Positions 30,281-39,336 of a stretch of DNA of 64,000 nt are shown here, piece after piece. The notes beneath the pieces were generated by a model. That model was not told where the DNA came from, made no database searches, and was given only the letters and a program-made list of their open reading frames with translations. Position 1 is the first letter of the stretch. Each line of letters opens with the position of its first letter. Origin of the DNA: Candidatus Oxydemutatoraceae bacterium (lineage in GTDB: Bacteria > Pseudomonadota > Gammaproteobacteria > Poriferisulfidales > Oxydemutatoraceae); NCBI GenBank assembly GCA_965220085.1, contig CBDCOZ010000003.1:768001-832000 (forward strand). Direction: 5' to 3'. Made by a program: the position numbers and the translations under genes.

Positions 30281-31161
30281 ATGAATATAAATATATCTAA
30301 TACCCCCCCCCCCCCCCCCCCCCCCCCCCGCATTGGCGGACAGCACTAACTCGGCTTAGTCTCCGGTCACTTATCCTGCCGGCCCTGTCTCTGGCATTGG
30401 GCGCAACCCATGTTTGGGCCCAGACGAGCAAGAGTGTTAATGCCCCTGTTGGCGGCGGCACATATTATTTCACCGCCGCAGATTTCGGATTCTCCTCAGG
30501 TGTCATCGTGTTTGAGTCGTTGCCCGCTCGTGGCAACTTCCAGCGATACAGTAACGGAAATCCCGCGGCTATCATTCCAGGGATTATCGACGACCACCAA
30601 GCCACCCATTTCTTTGCCGACGCCTTTGGCGGTGCCGGCTCCGACGACAGGTTGGAGTACAGGACTCCTGCCGATGCTGTTTCCATCGCCACTGGCTATA
30701 CCAGCTTTATCTACCAACATTCTGCTGACGGTGGTATCACCCGCACCATGTTCACCATGACCATCAACCTGGCGGGGGCATCCACGCCGACGGCCGCCAG
30801 CGGTGCGCCCACAATTGCCGCCACAGACACGCACCGGATTAGAGCTTCCATCACCGGTGTGACGGACCGCAACGGCATTGATGTCGGCACCCTGAGTTGG
30901 CAGTGGCAACAGGCCGCCGCACCTGCCAGCGGTGTTCCTGAAACCGATGACTATGACGACATAGAGGATGCTACTTCCTCCCTCTTCGCACCGACTGCCG
31001 CCCAACTGAGCAGGTATGTGCGCACCTGCGTTTCTTTCAAGGATCAGTCTCCCACGCCCGCATCGGAAGGGCCGCTGTGTAGCGCCGGCCTTCGGGTGAC
31101 AGAGTTGCCGTCTGAGATACGCTTGCGGTTGCGCCTCTTCCTGGAGGGCCCCCTGCGATGA
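30281..31161 (+). CDS. Array gene 1: secreted two-domain protein with FLEGPLR tail; frameshifted at poly-C
   Basis: ATG 30269/30281. C27 leads to an early TAA; C25 or C28 would give PHWRTALTRLSLRSLILPALSLALGATHVWAQ, matching the downstream paralogs. Body is ORF 30397..31161. Confidence 0.85.
30303..30329 (+). repeat. Poly-C tract C27 (out of frame)
   Basis: Counted directly. 30281 to 30397 is 116 nt. Confidence 0.9.
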
Positions 31162-32042
31162 TGCGAGTACTCCGCCCCTTCCCGCATTGGCGGACAGCAC
31201 TAACTCGGCTTAGTCTCCGGTCACTTATCCTGCCGGCGCTGTGTCTGGCATTGGGCGCAACTTATGTTTGGGCCCAGGCGACAGATCAGAGCATTGATGT
31301 CCCGATAGGCGGCAACGCCTATACCATCACGGCTGCCGACTTTGGCTTTGATGATATCACTGCCGGAAGCGCCCTTACGATCATGACGGTCGGGTCTTTG
31401 CCTGCTCTCGGCAACTTACAGCGATACACAGGTGGGAATCCTGCGAATCTGCGTTTGGCTTCTGACCCAAATGCAAGTACTTTCTTTGAAACAGGTCTTG
31501 GCGGTCTTGACGGCGCCGGCTCCGACGACAGGTTGGATTATACGCCTCCTGCCGATGCTGTTTCCGTTGCCGCCGGCTATGCCAGCTTTGCCTTTCATAT
31601 TTCCACCGATGCTATTACCGATACGATGGCCACCATGACCATCAACCTGGTGGGGGCATCCACGCCGACGACCGCCACCGGTGCGCCCACAATCTTCGCC
31701 ACGGACACGCACCAAATCAGAGCTTCCATCACCGGTGTGACGGACCTCAACGGCATTGATGTCGGCACCCTGAGTTGGCAGTGGCAACAGGCCGATGCCC
31801 CCGTCAGTGGCGTTCCCGAAACCGGTGATTACATCGACATAAAGGATGCTACTTCTTCCTCCCTCTTCGCACCGACTGCCGCCCAACTGAGCAGGTATGT
31901 GCGCACCTGCGTTTCTTTCAAGGATCAGTCTCCCACGCCCGCATCGGAAGGGCCGCTGTGTAGCATCGGCATTCTGGTGACAGAGTTGCCGTCTGAGATA
32001 CGCCTGCGGTTGCGCCTCTTCCTGGAGGGCCCCCTGCGATGA
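31158..32042 (+). CDS. Array gene 2: secreted protein with variable N-domain, constant Ig-like C-domain and FLEGPLR tail
   Basis: ATGATG overlaps the upstream TGA; signal peptide; ends EIRLRLRLFLEGPLR. Confidence 0.88.
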   Translation: MMRVLRPFPHWRTALTRLSLRSLILPALCLALGATYVWAQATDQSIDVPIGGNAYTITAADFGFDDITAGSALTIMTVGSLPALGNLQRYTGGNPANLRLASDPNASTFFETGLGGLDGAGSDDRLDYTPPADAVSVAAGYASFAFHISTDAITDTMATMTINLVGASTPTTATGAPTIFATDTHQIRASITGVTDLNGIDVGTLSWQWQQADAPVSGVPETGDYIDIKDATSSSLFAPTAAQLSRYVRTCVSFKDQSPTPASEGPLCSIGILVTELPSEIRLRLRLFLEGPLR

Positions 32043-32938
32043 TGCGAGTATTCTGCCCCTTCCCGCATTGGTGGGCGATACTAACTCGGCTTAGTCTCCG
32101 GTCACTTATCCTGCCGGCGCTGTGTCTGGCATTGGGCGCAACTTATGTTTGGGCCCAGGCGACAGATCAGAGCATTGATGTCCCGATAGGCGGCAGCGCC
32201 TATACAATCACGGCTGCCGACTTTGGCTTTGATGATATTATCAATACTGGAGCCTCCGATACGATTATGACGGTCGGGTCTTTGCCTGCTCTCGGCAACT
32301 TACGGCGATACACCCGTGGGCGGGTTGTAACTTTACGTGTGGGGAGCCTGACAGATGGCGACACGAGTGTAAGTGCTTTCTTTGAGACAGGCTTTAACGG
32401 TCTTGATGGCGCCGGCTCCGACAACAGGTTGGATTATACGCCTCCTGCCGATGCCGTTTCCGTTGCCGCCGGCTATGCCAGCTTTGCCTTTTATATTTCC
32501 ACTGATGGCAGTACCGATACGATGGCCACCATGACCATCAACCTGGTGGGAGCATCCATGCCGACGACCGCCACCGGCGCGCCCGAAATCGCCGCCACAG
32601 ACACGCACCGAATCAGAGCTTCCATCACCGGTGTGACGGACCTCAACGGCATTGATGTCGGCACCCTGAGTTGGCAGTGGCAACAGGCCGATGCGCCCGT
32701 CAGCGGTGTTCCCGACACCGGTGATTACATCGACATAAAGGATGCTACTTCTTCCTCCCTCTTCGCACCGACTGCCGCCCAACTGAGCAGGTATGTGCGC
32801 GCCTGCGTTTCTTTCAAGGATCAGTCTCCCACGCCCGCATCGGAAGGGCCGCTGTGTAGCATCGGCATTCTGGTGACAGAGTTGCCGTCTGAGATACGCC
32901 TGCGGTTGCGCCTCTTCCTGGAGGGCCCCCTGCGATGA
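32039..32938 (+). CDS. Array gene 3 (paralog)
   Basis: Same architecture and stop/start overlap as array gene 2. Confidence 0.88.
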   Translation: MMRVFCPFPHWWAILTRLSLRSLILPALCLALGATYVWAQATDQSIDVPIGGSAYTITAADFGFDDIINTGASDTIMTVGSLPALGNLRRYTRGRVVTLRVGSLTDGDTSVSAFFETGFNGLDGAGSDNRLDYTPPADAVSVAAGYASFAFYISTDGSTDTMATMTINLVGASMPTTATGAPEIAATDTHRIRASITGVTDLNGIDVGTLSWQWQQADAPVSGVPDTGDYIDIKDATSSSLFAPTAAQLSRYVRACVSFKDQSPTPASEGPLCSIGILVTELPSEIRLRLRLFLEGPLR

Positions 32939-33816
32939 TGCGAGTATTCCGCCCCTTCCCGCATTGGTGGGCGATACTAACCCGGCTTAGTCTCCGGTCA
33001 CTTATTCTGCCGGCGCTGTGTCTGGCATTGGGCGTAACCTGGGCGCAGGCTCAAACTGCCCAGGACCGCAGTGTTGATATCCCCATAGACAGCGATGGTC
33101 ATCCGTTGCGACTTGCCGATTTCGGGCCTACCTCATCTGCCTCAGGTATAGTTATAATCAAGATCAAGTCGCTACCCGCTCGTGGCAGCTTACAGCGATA
33201 CAGTAGTGGAATTCCTGTGCTGCTCGTTGTTGGGGATTTTATCCACGGCAACACAAGCTTTTTCACTTTCTCAACCCTTGGCGGTGCCGACGCCGATGAC
33301 AGGTTGGAGTACAGGCCTCCCGCCAATGCTGGTTCCCCCGCCACTGGCTACGACAGCTTTGTCTTCCATTATTCTGTTGACAGTGGTTTCACGGCCACCA
33401 CGGCCACCATGACCATCAACCTGGTGGGGGCATCCATGCCGACGACCGCCACCGGCGCACCCACAATCGCCGCCACAGACACGCACCGAATCAGAGCTTC
33501 CATCACCGGTGTGACGGACCTCAACGGCATTGATGTCGGCACCCTGAGTTGGCAGTGGCAACAGGCCGATGCCCCCGTCAGCGGTGTTCCCGACACCGGT
33601 GATTACATCGACATAAAGGATGCTACTTCTTCCTCCCTCTTCGCACCGACTGCCGCCCAACTGAGCAGGTATGTGCGCGCCTGCGTTTCTTTCAAGGATC
33701 AGTCTCCCACGCCCGCATCGGAAGGGCCGCTGTGTAGCATCGGCATTCTGGTGACAGAGTTGCCGTCTGAGATACGCCTGCGGTTGCGCCTCTTCCTGGA
33801 GGGCCCCCTGCGATGA
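32935..33816 (+). CDS. Array gene 4 (paralog with a more divergent N-domain)
   Basis: Same architecture and stop/start overlap as array gene 2. Confidence 0.88.
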   Translation: MMRVFRPFPHWWAILTRLSLRSLILPALCLALGVTWAQAQTAQDRSVDIPIDSDGHPLRLADFGPTSSASGIVIIKIKSLPARGSLQRYSSGIPVLLVVGDFIHGNTSFFTFSTLGGADADDRLEYRPPANAGSPATGYDSFVFHYSVDSGFTATTATMTINLVGASMPTTATGAPTIAATDTHRIRASITGVTDLNGIDVGTLSWQWQQADAPVSGVPDTGDYIDIKDATSSSLFAPTAAQLSRYVRACVSFKDQSPTPASEGPLCSIGILVTELPSEIRLRLRLFLEGPLR

Positions 33817-34703
33817 TGCGAGTATTCCGCCCCTTCCCGCATTGGTGGGCGATACTAACTCGGCTTAGTCTCCGGTCACTTATCCTGCCGGCGCTGTGTC
33901 TGGCATTGGGCGCAACTTATGTTTGGGCCCAGGCGACAGATCAGAGCATTGATGTCCCGATAGGCGGCAGCGCCTATACAATCACGGCTGCCGACTTTGG
34001 CTTTGATGATATTATCAATACTGGAGCCGTCAATACGAGTATGACGGTCGGGTCTTTGCCTGCTCTCGGCAACTTACGGCGATACAGAAATGGGCAGACT
34101 GCAAATTTACATGTGGGGAGCCTGACAGACGGTAACTCGAATGTAAGTCTTTTCTTAGAGACATTTCTTGGCGGCGCCGACTCCGACGACAGGTTGGATT
34201 ATACGCCTCCTGCCGATGCCGTTTCCGTTGCCGCCGGCTATGCCAGCTTTGCCTTTTATATTTCCACTGATGGCATTACCTCTACGCTGGCCACCATGAC
34301 CATCAACCTGGTGGGGGCATCTACGCCGACGGCCGCCACCGGCGCACCCACAATCGCCGCCACGGACACGCACCGAATCAGAGCTTCCATTACCGGTGTG
34401 ACGGACCTCAACGGCATTGATGTCGGCACCCTGAGTTGGCAGTGGCAACAGGCCGATGCCCCCGTCAGTGGCGTTCCCGAAACCGGTGAGTACAGCGAGA
34501 TAAAGGATGCTACTTCTTCCTCCCTCTTCGCACCGACTGCCGCCCAACTGGGCAGGTATGTGCGCGCCTGCGTTTCTTTCAAGGATCAGTCTCCCACGCC
34601 CGCATCGGAAGGGCCGCTGTGCAGCGTCGGCACTGAGGTGGAAGAGTTGCCGCCTGATATACGCTTGCGGCTGCGCCTCTTCCTGGAGGGCCCCCTGCGA
34701 TAG
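33813..34703 (+). CDS. Array gene 5 (paralog)
   Basis: Same architecture; ends DIRLRLRLFLEGPLR. Confidence 0.88.
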   Translation: MMRVFRPFPHWWAILTRLSLRSLILPALCLALGATYVWAQATDQSIDVPIGGSAYTITAADFGFDDIINTGAVNTSMTVGSLPALGNLRRYRNGQTANLHVGSLTDGNSNVSLFLETFLGGADSDDRLDYTPPADAVSVAAGYASFAFYISTDGITSTLATMTINLVGASTPTAATGAPTIAATDTHRIRASITGVTDLNGIDVGTLSWQWQQADAPVSGVPETGEYSEIKDATSSSLFAPTAAQLGRYVRACVSFKDQSPTPASEGPLCSVGTEVEELPPDIRLRLRLFLEGPLR

Positions 34704-34929
34704 CGCGGGCAATGCCCCTCGCGGGAGAGTCGGCGATCTATGCTATGCCGTTGCGATAGCGCGGGCAATGCCCCTCGCGGGAGAGTCGGCGATCTATGCT
34801 ATGCCGTTGCGATAGCGCGGGCAATGCCCCTCGCGGGAGAGTCGGCGATCTATGCTATGCCGTTGCGATAGCGCGGGCAATGCCCCTCGCGGGAGAGTCG
34901 GCGATCTATGCCATGCCGTTGCGATAGCG
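34696..34929 (+). repeat. Four 56-bp tandem repeats starting at the stop codon of array gene 5
   Basis: TAGCG recurs at 34701, 34757, 34813, 34869 and 34925; one SNP in the last copy; no spacers. Confidence 0.93.
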
Positions 34930-35170
34930 TTGCCGGTTTGCTTTCGGTTTGAGCAAGGGGATGCGGGAGCGCATTGCTTGGGCTTTTGAGGGCGGTCGGG
35001 CGTAAGAGGCGGTCTGAGCGCGCCTGTGGCGCATGAAAAGAAGCCGGGAAACCCAATATGATGATAGTATATGCCGATACGTTTTAGCGTTTTGCATGCT
35101 TATTCCATGCGCGCAAACAGGCCCGCATGATTGAGCGATGCGCTCTCTGCAAGCATGGCGCGATTAAAAT

Positions 35171-36085
35171 ATGTCCGATATTAAAAAACCTCGTAAGAAC
35201 ATTGAGTTGCCTCGCAAGGCCGTATTCCCGGTAGCCGGTTTGGGCACCCGGTTTTTGCCCGCCACCAAGGTGAGTCCGAAAGAGATGTTGCCGGTTGTGG
35301 ACAAGCCGCTGATCCAATATGCGACGGAAGAAGCGATTGCCGCCGGCATAGAGACTTTGATTTTCGTCAATGGCAGAAACAAGCGGGCGATAGAAGACCA
35401 TTTTGACGACATGCCCGAGTTGGTAAGCGAGTTGCGCAGTCGCGGCAAGGACGAGCTCCTTGAGCGGATTGAGAATATCGTGCCGGCCGGGGTGACTTGC
35501 GTCAGTATCCGCCAAGCGAGCGCGCGCGGGCTCGGTGATGCGGTGTTGTGCGCCGAACCGGTGGTCGGTGACGAGCCTTTCGTCGTCCTGTTAGCCGATG
35601 ATTTGGTTATCAGTCGGCAGGGAGACGACAATGTGACTCAGAGATTGCTGGAGTGTTATCAGAAATATGGCACCAGCATGCTCAGCGTCGAGCATATAGA
35701 ACCGCAGCAAAGCCGTCAGTACGGCGTGATTGGCGGCGACAATGCGGAGCCCGACATTTGGAAGGTGAAGCGCTTGGTTGAGAAACCGGCGCCCGAAGAG
35801 GCTCCGAGTCAAATCGGTCTCTTGGGGCGCTATGTCTTGACGCCGCGTGTGTTTGATTGCCTGAAGAAGGTCGGCAGCGGGGTCGGCAAAGAAGTGCAGT
35901 TGACCGACGCCATCGCGATGTTGATGGAGTCGGAAGGCGTTCACGCGCAACTTTGCAACGGCGCGCGTTATGATTGCGGCAGCAAAATCGGGTATGTGCG
36001 GGCGAATGTCGAGTGCGCGTTGCGACACGACCAGATCGGCGAGGAGTTCTCCGCGTATCTGCGGAAATTTAGCGAGCGTTCGTGA
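35171..36085 (+). CDS. galU: UTP--glucose-1-phosphate uridylyltransferase
   Basis: KAVFPVAGLGTRFLPATK, PKEMLPVVDKP, VEKP, QLTDAI. Confidence 0.96.
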   Translation: MSDIKKPRKNIELPRKAVFPVAGLGTRFLPATKVSPKEMLPVVDKPLIQYATEEAIAAGIETLIFVNGRNKRAIEDHFDDMPELVSELRSRGKDELLERIENIVPAGVTCVSIRQASARGLGDAVLCAEPVVGDEPFVVLLADDLVISRQGDDNVTQRLLECYQKYGTSMLSVEHIEPQQSRQYGVIGGDNAEPDIWKVKRLVEKPAPEEAPSQIGLLGRYVLTPRVFDCLKKVGSGVGKEVQLTDAIAMLMESEGVHAQLCNGARYDCGSKIGYVRANVECALRHDQIGEEFSAYLRKFSERS

Positions 36086-37922
36086 TGCGCCGGATGGCGT
36101 TTTCAATGCCGGTCGCATCCAGCCCCGCTTCGGTCAATAGTTCGTCGCGGCTGCCGTGCTCTTGAAAACGGTCGGGGAGCCCCAGCGCGGTCGCGGGTAT
36201 CTGATTGCCGGCGCTCCTGAGAAATTCGCCGACCGCGCTGCCCGCGCCGCCGATGCATGCATTGTCCTCAACCGTGATGATGTGTCGGTGGGAGTTTGCG
36301 ATTTGTTCGATTAAGCGCGTATCCAGCGGTTTGACAAAGCGCATATCAACAACGCTCACATCGTGTTTCTCCGCGGCGAGCAATGCCGCGCCGGTCGGGC
36401 TTCCGAAACCGAGTATTGCGATCTCCCGACCTTGTTTGAGGATTTTGCCGCGGCCGATTTCCACGGTCGCAAGGTCTTTGTCCGGTATCGCGCCCCAGCC
36501 GCCGCCGCGCGGGTAGCGCACCGCTGTCGGGCCGGCGCGCAGATAGGCGGTCGACAGCATCAGGCGCGTCATTTTTTCGTCCATCGGCGTCATGACGGTC
36601 ATGTTCGGTATGCAGCGCAGAAAGCTCAAATCAAAACTGCCGGCGTGCGTGGGGCCGTCCGGGCCGACGACTCCGGCGCGGTCGATCGCAAACATGACGG
36701 GCAGGTTTTGAATCGCAATGTCGTGCACCAGTTGGTCATAAGCGCGTTGCAGGAAGGTGGAGTAGATGGCGACGACCGGTTTGAGCCCGGCGCATGCCAT
36801 GCCGGCGGCCAGCGTCAGCGCGTGTTGTTCGGCGATGCCTACGTCAAAGTAGCGCTTGGCAAAGCGCTTTTCAAACTCTGCGAGTCCCGAGCCTTCGCGC
36901 ATGGCGGGTGTGATGGCAACCAGCCGCTCGTCTTTTTCGGCCATATCGCATACCCAGTCGCCGAACACTTGGGTGTGGGTCAAACTTTTTGCTTTGGATT
37001 TGTTCATGCCTTGTTTGGGGTCAAAGCGGCTGACGGCATGGTATTTGACCGGGTCTTTTTCCGCTTCCGGATAGCCTTTTCCTTTGCGGGTTATCGTGTG
37101 TAGCAGCCGCGGCTGCTTGAGCAATTTCAGGTTTTGCAGCATGTCGGCCAGCATGAGGACATCGTGGCCGTCTATCGGCCCGTAGTAGTTGATGCCCAGT
37201 TCTTCAAACAGGGTGCCCGGCACAATCATGCCTTTGATGTGCTCGCGCGTTCGTTTTACCAGCCGGTCCACTCCGGGCGGAGGCTTGAGGATTTGTTTGC
37301 TTTTTTCCATGACGTTCTTGTACAGGGGGCTTGATATGATGCGGGTCAGGTAGTTGCTCATGGCGCCGACATTCGGGGAGATCGACATGTCGTTGTCGTT
37401 CAGAACGATGAGCATGTCCGCCTGCGCGGAACCGAGGTGGTTCATCGCTTCGTATGCGAGGCCGGCGGTCAGTCCGCCGTCGCCTATTATCGCGACCGTT
37501 TTGTGAGTGTCTCCTCTCAGGGCCGCCCCCAGCGCCATCCCCAGCGCGGCGCTGACAGATGTGCTGGAGTGGCCGACTCCGAAGGCGTCGTATGTGCTTT
37601 CGTTGCGATTCGGAAACGGAGCGGGGCCGCCGCGGTTGCGAATATTGACGATCTCCGCTTTCCTTCCGCAGAGTATCTTGTGCGGGTAACACTGGTGACC
37701 CACATCCCAGACTAACAGATCATTCGGGGTGTCAAACACATAGTGAAGCGCGACCGACAGTTCGATGGAGCCGAGCCCGGCGGCAAAATGACCGCCGCAC
37801 GAGGAGACGGCTTCTATCAGGTAAGCGCGCAACTCGTCGCATAATTGCGGCAATTCGCCCGCCGCCAGTTGGCGCAGGTCGGAAGGGGTTTCTATTTTGT
37901 CCAACAGTATTTTTGGTTTCAT
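36069..37922 (-). CDS. dxs: 1-deoxy-D-xylulose-5-phosphate synthase
   Basis: WDVGHQCYPHK, GDGGLTAG, DVGIAEQHA, DRAGVVGPDGPTH. Confidence 0.97.
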   Translation of the reverse strand: MKPKILLDKIETPSDLRQLAAGELPQLCDELRAYLIEAVSSCGGHFAAGLGSIELSVALHYVFDTPNDLLVWDVGHQCYPHKILCGRKAEIVNIRNRGGPAPFPNRNESTYDAFGVGHSSTSVSAALGMALGAALRGDTHKTVAIIGDGGLTAGLAYEAMNHLGSAQADMLIVLNDNDMSISPNVGAMSNYLTRIISSPLYKNVMEKSKQILKPPPGVDRLVKRTREHIKGMIVPGTLFEELGINYYGPIDGHDVLMLADMLQNLKLLKQPRLLHTITRKGKGYPEAEKDPVKYHAVSRFDPKQGMNKSKAKSLTHTQVFGDWVCDMAEKDERLVAITPAMREGSGLAEFEKRFAKRYFDVGIAEQHALTLAAGMACAGLKPVVAIYSTFLQRAYDQLVHDIAIQNLPVMFAIDRAGVVGPDGPTHAGSFDLSFLRCIPNMTVMTPMDEKMTRLMLSTAYLRAGPTAVRYPRGGGWGAIPDKDLATVEIGRGKILKQGREIAILGFGSPTGAALLAAEKHDVSVVDMRFVKPLDTRLIEQIANSHRHIITVEDNACIGGAGSAVGEFLRSAGNQIPATALGLPDRFQEHGSRDELLTEAGLDATGIENAIRRITNAR

Positions 37923-37925
37923 CGA

Positions 37926-38849
37926 TCAGGACTCGCGGGCGGCAATATGCCGTGTGAGGTCGCGTAATAACCGCGCACTTGCCCCCAAGGGAAGCAGACT
38001 GTCCAAACATTGCGCAGTGATTTCCGCCAGTTCTTTTTTGCTGGCCTCTTCGCCGTAAATGGTCACATAGGAAGGCTTTTCGGCCTTGCCGTTTGCCTTG
38101 TGTTGTCTGGCATCGAGGATATCATCTTGTATCTGAAAACACAGGCCGATGTCGGTCGCATAACGCCTCAAACTGTCGTCGGTCTCTTGCGGCGTATCGG
38201 GCGCGCAACACAGCGCCATCGTGATGCACGCTTCCATCAGCGCGCCTGTTTTTAGCCGATGTATTTCCCTGACCCGGTCGTTTTCAAGGGCGTTATGGTT
38301 CATCAATATGTCCATCGCCTGGCCGCTTGCCATTCCCGAGATGCCGGCGGCGCGGGCGAGTATGCGACAGGTCTCGTTTTTGCGCCGGGCATCTGTCAGC
38401 GGCGCTTTGCTCAGACATTCAAAGGCGAGCGCCTGCATCGCATCGCCCGCCAGGATGGCCATGGCTTCGCCAAAAGCGCTGTGGCACGCGGGCTTGCCGC
38501 GCCTCATGTCGTCGTCGTCCATCGCGGGCAGGTCATCGTGTATCAAGGAGTAGCAATGCATCAGTTCTATCGCGCCAGCAATCGGGTCGACCGCTTTGTG
38601 TTCCAAGCCGATTAGTTGCGCGGTTGCGTAAACCAAGCCCGGGCGAATGCGTTTGCCGCCGTTAAAGATTGCGTATTGAATCGCTTGCAGCAGGGTGTCA
38701 TTGCTCGCCTCGCTGCAAAATTCTTCCAGCGCGGCGCGGATGTTGCGCTCGACTCTGGCGCCGCAGGTTGTCAGAAACGCATGAATGTCCTCGGCGGCGA
38801 CGGCGGGCTCGCTATTCGTCTTCTGCTGCAAAGGGCTCCGGTTCGGCAT
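37926..38849 (-). CDS. ispA: Farnesyl diphosphate synthase
   Basis: GGKRIRP, SLIHDDLPAMDDDDMRRGKP, FQIQDDILD. Confidence 0.94.
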   Translation of the reverse strand: MPNRSPLQQKTNSEPAVAAEDIHAFLTTCGARVERNIRAALEEFCSEASNDTLLQAIQYAIFNGGKRIRPGLVYATAQLIGLEHKAVDPIAGAIELMHCYSLIHDDLPAMDDDDMRRGKPACHSAFGEAMAILAGDAMQALAFECLSKAPLTDARRKNETCRILARAAGISGMASGQAMDILMNHNALENDRVREIHRLKTGALMEACITMALCCAPDTPQETDDSLRRYATDIGLCFQIQDDILDARQHKANGKAEKPSYVTIYGEEASKKELAEITAQCLDSLLPLGASARLLRDLTRHIAARES

Positions 38850-39066
38850 TATTCTGAGTCAAAATCTTCACGCGTTGTTCGGCGCTTTCTAGCGCTTTGC
38901 GACATTTGCCGACCAGCGCCGAGCCATGCTCAAATTGTTCTATCGCTTGTTCCAATGAGAGGTTTCCGGATTCCAGTCTGGTCTGAATCTGCTTCAGCTC
39001 TTCCATCGCCTGTTCGAATTCAAATTTCTCTTCTTTTGTTTTTTGCTTTTTGTTTGCGGATGTCAT
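38812..39066 (-). CDS. xseB: Exodeoxyribonuclease VII small subunit
   Basis: FEQAMEEL...LESGNLSLEQAIEQFE; xseB-ispA-dxs synteny. Confidence 0.92.
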   Translation of the reverse strand: MTSANKKQKTKEEKFEFEQAMEELKQIQTRLESGNLSLEQAIEQFEHGSALVGKCRKALESAEQRVKILTQNNAEPEPFAAEDE

Positions 39067-39336
39067 ATTTTTAATGGTTGCAAAGTATCTAATTCATGGG
39101 CGGAGCGATAAGAAAGCCGTTGCCTGTGATGCTTTTGGTCTTATGCCTCGTTTGGGCCGAAACATATATTAAACAGATTGGGCTTATTTTACAAATCTCA
39201 TCCGATCAGCGGCAGCCTGAAAGTCGGCCCGGAAGGCGGGCTAAAACGTGAGGATTCCCTCGGACAAGCCGCCGTCGGCTGGTCGTTGTCTCTGCCGTTT
39301 CCCCCGCCATGTCGCATTTTTGGCGAGCGGCTTTGC

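Noticed and set aside
30281-34703. Diversity-generating retroelement
   Set aside because: No reverse transcriptase or template repeat in the window. The variation includes indels and does not look adenine-specific.
5655-34703. Integron cassette array
   Set aside because: No intI, and I found no attC-like inverted cores between genes; the array genes overlap stop-to-start.
34696-34929. Possible CRISPR array
   Set aside because: The units are contiguous and near-identical, with no unique spacers and no cas genes.
36069-36085. Convergent overlaps galU/dxs (17 nt) and tyrS/zapD (4 nt)
   Set aside because: Short convergent 3' overlaps are common in compact bacterial genomes.
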